Assembly: GCA_910583995.1 (NCBI GenBank)
Contig: CAJTYW010000009.1
Coordinates: 6,418 to 70,417, forward strand
Source: an uncultured Christensenella sp.
GTDB lineage: Bacteria; Bacillota; Clostridia; Christensenellales; UBA3700
Reading direction: 5' to 3'
Length of the DNA: 64,000 bases
Shown here piece by piece: positions 28,000 to 38,471 of the stretch (within the stretch, counting starts at the first letter, position 1; each line of letters starts with the position of its first letter). The translations under genes and the position numbers were made by a program. Under the pieces are notes generated by a model. That model ran no database searches, had not been told where the DNA came from, and worked only from the letters and a program-made list of their open reading frames with translations.

Positions 28000-28968
28000 T
28001 TAAGCCTTAAGTATTTTATCCATAAAATCTTTTGTTCTTTGTTCTACTGGATTATCGATAACTTCTTTAGCATCGCCGTACTCCAATATTTTTCCGCCGT
28101 CAAGGAAAATAACTTTATCTGCAACTTCCCTTGCAAACATAATCTCGTGCGTAACAATAAGCATTGTTGTTCCGCTATCCCTTAGCCCGCTTATTACTTT
28201 TAGCACTTCGCCTGTAAGCTCTGGGTCTAAAGCCGATGTAGGCTCGTCAAAACACAATATATCTGGTGACATACACAATGCTCTTGCTATAGCAACCCTT
28301 TGTTTTTGTCCGCCACTAATTTCACAAGGATAAGAATCCGCTTTTTCTAAAAGTCCTACTTTTTCAAGTTGTTCTCTAGCAATTTGAGTTGCAGTTTGTT
28401 TATCCATACCTTTAACTAGCATTGGTGCTAAAATAAGGTTTTCAACAACTGTTTTGTGCGGGAACAAATTAAAGTCCTGAAAAACAAGTCCCATTTTTAA
28501 AGCTTTTTCCCTTAAAACTGTGTCTTTTGGATAAATACTTACATTCATCACTCTAAGTGGCCTACCATTTTCGTCCTTTGGTACATATTTTTGGAAAAAC
28601 TTGTATTTATAAGTGCTTTCCACATCTACTTTGCCAAAAAATTTAAGCTTTTTCCTGCCGTACTCTTCAGTTTTTTGTACAAATTTAAGCTTTTTACCTG
28701 CACCGCAAGGTATTTTTTGCACTAGCATAAATTTAGATTTTACTGGTTTTAGTTCGCTTGATACTATCTCTTCTCCACCAATCCAAATACTACCGCTTTG
28801 TGCTTTTTCCAAAAAAGTTAGGCATCTTAAAAGTGTAGATTTACCGCCACCGCTTGAGCCGATTATTGCAATAACTTCACCTTTTTGCATACTAAAAGAT
28901 ATATCTTTAAGCACATGATTTAATCCGAATGATTTATTTAAATCTTTTATTTCCAAAATCTTTTCCAT
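28000..28968 (-). CDS. polar amino-acid ABC transporter ATP-binding protein with about 80-aa basic insertion
   Basis: 322 aa. Walker [45 protein letters not shown]. Confidence 0.92.
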   Translation of the reverse strand: MEKILEIKDLNKSFGLNHVLKDISFSMQKGEVIAIIGSSGGGKSTLLRCLTFLEKAQSGSIWIGGEEIVSSELKPVKSKFMLVQKIPCGAGKKLKFVQKTEEYGRKKLKFFGKVDVESTYKYKFFQKYVPKDENGRPLRVMNVSIYPKDTVLREKALKMGLVFQDFNLFPHKTVVENLILAPMLVKGMDKQTATQIAREQLEKVGLLEKADSYPCEISGGQKQRVAIARALCMSPDILCFDEPTSALDPELTGEVLKVISGLRDSGTTMLIVTHEIMFAREVADKVIFLDGGKILEYGDAKEVIDNPVEQRTKDFMDKILKA

Positions 28969-28978
28969 AACTCACTCC

Positions 28979-29626
28979 TTATCTGTACCTATTAGTACGC
29001 TTTTCAAGTTTTGCAAACAATATCGTCAAAACGCCCACAAATACAAGATAAAACAATCCAGTACTAAACAATGGCCAAATATTTGCAGTAATACTTCTTA
29101 TGCTGTTAGCTCTAAACAACAACTCGCCTAAGCCGATAATGTTTGCAAGAGAAGTATCTTTTACCAATGTAATAATTTCATTACTCATAGGTGGCAAAAT
29201 GTTTTTATAAATTTGCGGCATAGCAACTTTTACAAATGTTTGACTTTTTGTCATACCCAAAACTTGGCAAGCTTCGTACTGACCTTTTGGTACGGCATTC
29301 ATACCGCCTTTGAATATGACAGAAAAATAACAAGCATAGTTTATTGCAAATGCAATTAATGTTGCAGGAAACTCAAAGTCTCTTAATCTCATATCAAAAA
29401 GTAATCCCGGACCATAATATATAATCATTAATTGCAACATAAGTGGAGTGCCTCTTATAATCCATATAAAGGCATTCATAAAACCACTTATAACTTTAAT
29501 TTTACTATTTTGTAAAAATGAAAAAACAAGTCCTAATGGCAAAGCAATGACAAGGGTAGCAAAGAAAATTGCTACCGTCGTGCCAAAGCCTTTAAATAAA
29601 CTGTCTATAATAATTTGAATACTCAT
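28979..29626 (-). CDS. amino-acid ABC transporter permease
   Basis: 215 aa, multi-TM, EAA-type loop (EACQVLGMTKSQTFVKVAMPQIYKNILPP). Confidence 0.9.
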   Translation of the reverse strand: MSIQIIIDSLFKGFGTTVAIFFATLVIALPLGLVFSFLQNSKIKVISGFMNAFIWIIRGTPLMLQLMIIYYGPGLLFDMRLRDFEFPATLIAFAINYACYFSVIFKGGMNAVPKGQYEACQVLGMTKSQTFVKVAMPQIYKNILPPMSNEIITLVKDTSLANIIGLGELLFRANSIRSITANIWPLFSTGLFYLVFVGVLTILFAKLEKRTNRYR

Positions 29627-29645
29627 AAAACAACCTTATTTAGTT

Positions 29646-30548
29646 TTATTTTACCTCTTCCCACAAAGTTTTTTGCTCAGGATATTTTTCCAACCAAGCT
29701 GCAAATATTTCACTGTCAACTTTATTGAAAATCTTTAAAGCTTCGCCGTTACCTGCAGAACCTTTTTCTACTGAGATTACGCAACCTTTTAAATTCTCGA
29801 TTGTCTTGTAACTATCTTTCTTATCTTTTCTTGCTACGATAACTTGCTCATTTGTCAAGTATGGTACAGAAATTTCAGCTTCGTTTTCAAAACCTTTTCT
29901 GATTGTCATACCATTCCAAACCAAATCGATATTGTTAGCTTTTAATTCTACGAATTTGTTATCCCATTTGATTTCTTTACCTTTGATAGTAATACCTTGG
30001 TCAGCAAAAACTGCTTTTGCCAAATCAAAGTCAAAACCTTCTGGTTTATCATTTGAACCCATACCATATGGTGGTGCAATTGTAAAGCCGATAGTGATAG
30101 TGTTGTTTTGAATTTCATCCTTCCAACCTTCCCATTCACCAGTTGGCTCAGCAAATTGAACGGCTCTGCTCTCTAAACCATATTTTTTGCAAATTTCTTT
30201 GTAATCTGTATCTTTAATTTCATAAAGTCTTTTGTTGATAAAGTTCATCAAGTTTGTATTACCTTTCTTTGCTGCAATACCATAAGCTTCAGATTCAGGT
30301 TTGAAATCTTCAAGCTCAATGATAGCTAATTTGTCATAAGAGTTACCTTCTTGTGCTAAAGTGTAACCTGCAAATACGCCGTCAACTATAGCAATGTCTG
30401 CTTGGTTAGCTTGCACATCCATTAAAGCATCTGTTTGTGTATCAGGTATTTTTAAATCTGTATCTGTTTTTGCACAACCAACTAGGCTGACGATTGAGAT
30501 AACTGCTGTTGCTACTACTGCTAGTATAATTCCTATTTTCTTTTTCAT
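29646..30548 (-). CDS. amino-acid ABC transporter substrate-binding lipoprotein (family 3, circularly permuted order)
   Basis: 300 aa. Lipobox SLVGC. SBP_bac_3 C-terminal-type segment comes first (EAYGIAAKKGNTNLMNFINKRLYEIK), followed by the N-terminal-type segment (GFDFDLAKAV...IDLVWNGMTI...ISVPYL). Confidence 0.85.
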   Translation of the reverse strand: MKKKIGIILAVVATAVISIVSLVGCAKTDTDLKIPDTQTDALMDVQANQADIAIVDGVFAGYTLAQEGNSYDKLAIIELEDFKPESEAYGIAAKKGNTNLMNFINKRLYEIKDTDYKEICKKYGLESRAVQFAEPTGEWEGWKDEIQNNTITIGFTIAPPYGMGSNDKPEGFDFDLAKAVFADQGITIKGKEIKWDNKFVELKANNIDLVWNGMTIRKGFENEAEISVPYLTNEQVIVARKDKKDSYKTIENLKGCVISVEKGSAGNGEALKIFNKVDSEIFAAWLEKYPEQKTLWEEVK

Positions 30549-30603
30549 TTTTTTACTCCTTGTAAAATTGCTTGTTGCAATCTTGTGTTTTGTTTATGGT
30601 ACT

Positions 30604-30632
30604 ATTATACTTTAGTACGCTAAAGTTGTAAA
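30604..30632 (-). promoter_or_regulatory. promoter of ABC operon 2 with operator palindrome in the spacer
   Basis: On the minus strand, TTTACA (30632-30627), 17-bp spacer, TATAAT (30609-30604). The region from the -10 through the spacer (30609-30626) is the palindrome ACTTTAG-CGTA-CTAAAGT. Confidence 0.65.
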
Positions 30633-30665
30633 GTGTTTTTTAGCAATTTCTTTGATTTTTTCACA

Positions 30666-30685
30666 CACTTTACTCTACTAAAGTG
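30666..30685 (-). promoter_or_regulatory. second ACTTTA-N6-TAAAGT palindrome upstream of the ABC operon 2 promoter
   Basis: CACTTTA-ctctac-TAAAGTG, with the same half-sites and spacing as the site at 30609-30626. Confidence 0.55.
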
Positions 30686-31050
30686 TAATTACACAAAAAC
30701 CGCAATTTTTGTTACCTTTTACTAGACAAAATAGTTCTAAAAACTAACTAATTTGATGATTTAACAAAAACTCAATAACATAATTTATGCTTTTGCATAT
30801 CCTATTAAATATAACGCTTAGCTATTTTTCTAGTATATGTAAATAGATGTAAAGTAATTAGCTAGTCACATAATAATCACTGTAAAGTCAAGTAAATCAA
30901 GGGTTTTGAGCATTTTTTTGTAGTAAAATATACTTTAATATTAATTTAATGTTAAATTTTATATTTACTTTGCATTTACATTAAAATAAAATTAATAAAC
31001 ACTAATTCCCCATTTTTTACAAAAAAATGTAGAAAAATGTATAAAAAGTC

Positions 31051-31079
31051 TTGATTTGAATAAGAGAAAATAATATAAT
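31051..31079 (+). promoter_or_regulatory. sigma-A type promoter of the DUF975 gene
   Basis: TTGATT (31051-31056), 17-bp spacer, TATAAT (31074-31079). Confidence 0.6.
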
Positions 31080-31130
31080 ATCTTTATAATAATGATTCAA
31101 ATCATTAAATGACAATTTTTGGAGGTAAAT

Positions 31131-31805
31131 ATGAAAGCAAAAGATTTTAGAAAGTCAGCTTATGCTAAAATCAAAAAGAATTGCTGGGGTACACTTGCTT
31201 GCGTTGAACTTATCGTTAGCATTATCCTTGGCATCTGTGCCGGTCTTAACAGATTTTATGTTGGTTGGGTAGGCAGTTTATTGTTAGGTGGTGCTTTAAC
31301 ATACGGTCAAAATTATGCTTCATTATCAGCTGCAGACGGAAATACTGTTAAAGTTGACAACACATTTATTGGATTTAAACATTTTGGTAGCAGTTTAGTA
31401 TTAAACATTTTAATTAGTATCTTTACTGCTTTATGGTCATTGTTGTTGATTGTTCCTGGTATTATTATGTCACTTGCTTATTCAATGAGCTACTTTATCC
31501 TTATCGATAATCCAGAATTAGCACCAAATGAAGCTCGTAAACAATCTATCAAATTGATGAAAGGCTACAAATGGAAACTATTCTGCTTAAGATTTAGCTA
31601 TATCGGTTGGTATTTGTTGAGCATTTTAACACTTGGTATCCTATTCTTCTGGGTAAATCCTTACGAGCGTACTGCAGAAGCTGAGTTCTACAGAAACTTG
31701 GTTGCTAAAAAAGACGAAACAGCTACTACTGTTGCTGAACCTGCTGCTATTGCTGCTGAAGCTGAAGTTGTTGATACTACTGCAACTGAAACAGAAGAAG
31801 CTTAA
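31131..31805 (+). CDS. DUF975-family integral membrane protein
   Basis: MKAKDFRKSAYAKIKKNCWG..., PGIIMSLAYSMSYFILIDNPEL, LMKGYKWKLFCLRFSYIGWYLL. GGAGG RBS precedes ATG 31131; the track start 31119 is an upstream TTG. Confidence 0.8.
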   Translation: MKAKDFRKSAYAKIKKNCWGTLACVELIVSIILGICAGLNRFYVGWVGSLLLGGALTYGQNYASLSAADGNTVKVDNTFIGFKHFGSSLVLNILISIFTALWSLLLIVPGIIMSLAYSMSYFILIDNPELAPNEARKQSIKLMKGYKWKLFCLRFSYIGWYLLSILTLGILFFWVNPYERTAEAEFYRNLVAKKDETATTVAEPAAIAAEAEVVDTTATETEEA

Positions 31806-31893
31806 TTTAAATCATTGGTAATAATAAATAGTTAATTAATATAATGTTTTATTAATATATTAAGACTTTTTATTACAATTAAAAAAACATAAT

Positions 31894-31928
31894 AACAGGC
31901 TCTTGATTAACAAGAGCCTGTTTTATTT
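31894..31928. terminator. terminator between DUF975 gene and lacZ
   Basis: AACAGGCTCTTG-attaa-CAAGAGCCTGTT followed by TTATTTTG. Confidence 0.85.
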
Positions 31929-31943
31929 TGCTTTTATTAAATT

Positions 31944-35060
<3,117 letters not shown>

Positions 35061-35215
35061 TCAATGCACTTTAATGACATTCTTTTGTATTTATATGACA
35101 TAAAAACTTGTCACATTTAATATACACAAATCAAAGCTTATCACAAATATTTTGCAAAACTATACATTTTATACCGATTTTTGAAGATTTATTTGACAAA
35201 ATAATTGATTTTTAA

Positions 35216-36790
35216 TTATTCCATATCAAGATAATCTTCATAATTCATTTCTTTATCAAATACTTTTGTGCCATTGATTTCAATAATTCTGTTTGCTACA
35301 GTTGACAAAATTTCTTGGTCGTGTGTTGTAAACAACATATTGCCTTTAAAATTAATCATACCCTTATTTAGTGAAGTAATTGATTCCAAATCCAAATGGT
35401 TTGTAGGCTCGTCCATTATCAAGAAGTTACCGCCAGCAAGCATCATTCTTGCAAGCATACATCTTACCTTTTCGCCACCGCTAAGCACTTTTGCGGCTTT
35501 TTTAACTTCTTCACCAGAAAACAACATTCTGCCAAGCCAGCCACGCAAAAACTCTTCATACTGCTCTTTTGGCGAATATTGACCTATCCATTGCACCAAA
35601 TTCAAATCACAGCCGTCAAAGTATTTTGAGTTGTTTTCAGGCAAATAGCTTGGAATAATTGTTTTACCCCATTCTATAGTACCGCTGTCTTGCTTTTCTT
35701 CACCCATTAAAATGTCAAACAACATTGTGATAGTTGTAGATTTATCACCTAAAAAGGCAATTTTTTCATCTGCTTTAACCATAAAGCTGACATTTTCAAA
35801 ATATCCCTTTTTAGTCAAATTTTCTACCTTCAAAATTTCCCTGCCGATTTCTCTTTCAAACTTAAAATCGACAAAAGGATATTTACGCATTGAAGGTTTA
35901 AAATCATTTATAGTAAGCTTTTCAAGCTCTTTTTTACGGCTTGTAGCTTGTCTTGATTTAGACGCATTTGCAGAGAATTTAGCAATGAACTCTTGTAATT
36001 CCTTTGCTCTTGCTTCTGCTTTTTTGTTTTGCTCTCTAGCTTGTCTTGCAAGCAATTGAGATGTCTCATACCAAAAATCATAGTTACCCACAAACACATT
36101 GATATGTCCAAAATCTACATCACAAATATGTGTACAAACTCTGTTTAAAAAGTGTCTGTTGTGGGATACGATAATTATTGTGTTTTCAAAATCCATAAGA
36201 TAATTTTCAAGCCATCTTGTAGTTTTTGCATCTAAGTTGTTTGTTGGCTCGTCAAGAATCAAAATGTCAGGATTGCCAAAAAGTGCTTGTGCAAGCAAAA
36301 CTTTAACCTTTGTTTTTGCATCTAACTCACCCATTAACGCATAGTTTAATGAGCTATCAATTTTTAACTCGTTAAGCAAAGTCTCTGCTTCACTTTCTGC
36401 TTCGTATCCACCTAACTCGGCAAACTCGCCTTCTAGCTCTGCTGCTAAAATTCCGTCTTCTTCAGTAAAATCTGGTTTTGCATATAAAGCGTCTTTTTGC
36501 AATCGTATTTCAAACATTCTGTTATGACCTTTTAGCACTGTGTCAAGCACTGTCAAATCGTCATAAGCATTTTGGTTTTGTTGCAAAACGGACATTCTTT
36601 CCCCTTTACCAATAGATATACCGCCGTGAGTAGGCTCAATATCCCCTGATAAAATTTTTAAAAATGTAGATTTGCCGGCACCATTAGCACCAATAACGCC
36701 GTAACAATTCCCTTTTGTAAACTTGATATTAACTTCTTCAAACAATTTCCTTTGTCCGAACTGCAAACTTAAATCACTAACTTGTAACAT
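35216..36790 (-). CDS. ABC-F family ATPase (two ABC cassettes, no TM domain)
   Basis: 524 aa. Two Walker A/signature/Walker B sets (GANGAGKST...LILDEPTNNLD and LSGGEKVR...LIMDEPTNHLD) are joined by a charged linker. Confidence 0.9.
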   Translation of the reverse strand: MLQVSDLSLQFGQRKLFEEVNIKFTKGNCYGVIGANGAGKSTFLKILSGDIEPTHGGISIGKGERMSVLQQNQNAYDDLTVLDTVLKGHNRMFEIRLQKDALYAKPDFTEEDGILAAELEGEFAELGGYEAESEAETLLNELKIDSSLNYALMGELDAKTKVKVLLAQALFGNPDILILDEPTNNLDAKTTRWLENYLMDFENTIIIVSHNRHFLNRVCTHICDVDFGHINVFVGNYDFWYETSQLLARQAREQNKKAEARAKELQEFIAKFSANASKSRQATSRKKELEKLTINDFKPSMRKYPFVDFKFEREIGREILKVENLTKKGYFENVSFMVKADEKIAFLGDKSTTITMLFDILMGEEKQDSGTIEWGKTIIPSYLPENNSKYFDGCDLNLVQWIGQYSPKEQYEEFLRGWLGRMLFSGEEVKKAAKVLSGGEKVRCMLARMMLAGGNFLIMDEPTNHLDLESITSLNKGMINFKGNMLFTTHDQEILSTVANRIIEINGTKVFDKEMNYEDYLDME

Positions 36791-36996
36791 TTATCTCACC
36801 TTTATTATATTATTTATAACCAGTATAACATAATAAATCTATAATTGCAAGGGAATTAATCTTAAGCATTTTATTTACGCGTAATACAATATTTTTTAAA
36901 TTATAACATTATGTGTCTAATAAAGTCAATTTATCAATTATTTTGCCAAAGTTATTTAAATACTTTTTACAAAAAATTTCAACTATTACACAAATC

Positions 36997-37016
36997 TGCC
37001 TTTATAAAGACATAAA
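36997..37016. repeat. copy 1 of exact 20-mer TGCCTTTATAAAGACATAAA
   Basis: Identical 20-mer at 44834-44853. Contains the 10-bp palindrome CTTTATAAAG. Confidence 0.85.
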
Positions 37017-37087
37017 ACTTAACTTTTTTGACAAAAACACATTAACCTTTTAGCAATCTATTTAATTGCAGTTTATTTTTATAAAAC

Positions 37088-37117
37088 AATACCGATTTTC
37101 GCACAAAAATCGGTATT
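37088..37117 (-). terminator. terminator formed by an inverted pair of the recurrent AATACCGATTTT motif
   Basis: AATACCGATTTT-cgcaca-AAAATCGGTATT, a perfect 12-bp stem downstream of the 37182 gene. Confidence 0.8.
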
Positions 37118-37181
37118 ATTTAAATATTTTATCTTTTGTTTTAAATTTTATTATGCCTACTTAAAAATTGCAATCATTTAA

Positions 37182-38471
37182 TTATTGGTCATTTTCTTCA
37201 TACTCTTCACGAGAGAATTTATCAATAAAATTATTCTCCGTTTGTTTTGCAACCAAATGTAAAAATAACGCCAAATAACAATCGCTTAATTCTGAACAAA
37301 CTGCTTCGCCGTGTATATAACGATATTGATTGCAACCTTGCAAAGCAAACTTAGCATTGTTTTTAAAGCTACTTTCCATAAACTTCATTCTTACTCTTGC
37401 CCATTCTCTTGAGTTTATGTCGTTAGCATTTTCATACCCCAAGCAATAAGCAAAAATATCCATTACATAAAGGGAAGATTCATTTACTCTGCCACCCTTT
37501 AATCCGTCGGGATAAAGCACTCCGCCACAAGGTCTGCTCTTTTTATCGTATATGGTAAATAAGCCTTTTTTCTTGCCAGCACCATCAATTTCATAGCTAT
37601 AAAAAGCTTTATAAATTTCTTCAAAATTCCTTATAGCACCGCTTGGCAAGTCTTGCTCCGCTATTTTGGAAAAAATAAATGCTTTCATACCTTTGCCAAT
37701 ATAACTTGTTGCAAAAGGACTTCTTGTTTCAAACCTGCGAATTATTTTATCATCACCTACATTATACCCTGCCATATCCCCTTCTTCTAATGTGGAAAAA
37801 CAAGCTCTGTAAGTCAAAATTGCTTTTTCTTTTAGCTTTTCAACAGCCGCACTCTTATTAATCATACTGCCCGCTAAATAAAGCAAGTTTGCGATATCCA
37901 TATTTTTTATTGTTTTGCAATCACCGCCGTTTTCGCTTCCGTCAGGGTTGTAATTGTACTCAATACTCTCTTCCATAGCCTTTTCCACTTCAAAATTCAA
38001 AAGGTTTACGGCGTACTCTTTATCACGAATATTAAGTTTATCCCAAACAAGATGGCAAACAAACAAAAGCTCTGTTGCGACTGCCAAATGCTCACTTGTT
38101 CCACCCCAACCATATTCGCTATTTGAGATATGGTGATACAAGCAAGAACGGATAAGTTTCATATATCTATCCCGTGCAACATATAGTTTATGCCCTACTG
38201 CAGACTCATTATAAAACTTAAATTTAACGGCAGAAATTATAGCTTTTGCCATATATACAGCTTGTCTAACTCCCCTATCAAAAGGTGATTTTAAAGAAAG
38301 ATATTCACTTTTACTCTCTTTTGCAAAGCCTTTTTGTTGCCACCAGTCATTAAGTCCAAATTTAATAAATTTATTAATAATTCTGCCCAAATCTTCTGCC
38401 AAATCTCCGCCTAACGGCTCCGGCTCAACTTGAATCCATTCAATTTTTTTTATATCATCAACTGTAAACAT
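37182..38471 (-). CDS. hypothetical protein (429 aa), translationally coupled to adenine deaminase
   Basis: Long ORF with no signal peptide. The start shares a base with the ade stop (TAATG at 38473-38469). I recognise no family. Confidence 0.75.
   Translation of the reverse strand: MFTVDDIKKIEWIQVEPEPLGGDLAEDLGRIINKFIKFGLNDWWQQKGFAKESKSEYLSLKSPFDRGVRQAVYMAKAIISAVKFKFYNESAVGHKLYVARDRYMKLIRSCLYHHISNSEYGWGGTSEHLAVATELLFVCHLVWDKLNIRDKEYAVNLLNFEVEKAMEESIEYNYNPDGSENGGDCKTIKNMDIANLLYLAGSMINKSAAVEKLKEKAILTYRACFSTLEEGDMAGYNVGDDKIIRRFETRSPFATSYIGKGMKAFIFSKIAEQDLPSGAIRNFEEIYKAFYSYEIDGAGKKKGLFTIYDKKSRPCGGVLYPDGLKGGRVNESSLYVMDIFAYCLGYENANDINSREWARVRMKFMESSFKNNAKFALQGCNQYRYIHGEAVCSELSDCYLALFLHLVAKQTENNFIDKFSREEYEENDQ

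Noticed and set aside
30549-31118. Large structured ncRNA (ROOL, GOLLD, OLE or raiA-like) in the long ORF-free gaps (also 52156-52702 and 53006-53422)
   Set aside because: These gaps are extremely AT-rich and lack GC-rich helices. Promoters, operators and terminators of the flanking genes account for them. I cannot exclude small RNAs without covariance-model searches.
35096-35113. TGACA-N8-TGTCA inverted repeat upstream of lacZ as a LacI/cre-type operator
   Set aside because: The arms are only 5 bp, there is no central CG as in the cre/LacI-family consensus, and no regulator gene is nearby. It could arise by chance in AT-rich DNA.
35216-36790. ABC-F protein as an antibiotic-resistance (ARE) determinant
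   Set aside because: I see no leader peptide or attenuator upstream and no mobile context. I cannot distinguish housekeeping from ARE subfamilies by eye, so I left it as generic ABC-F.
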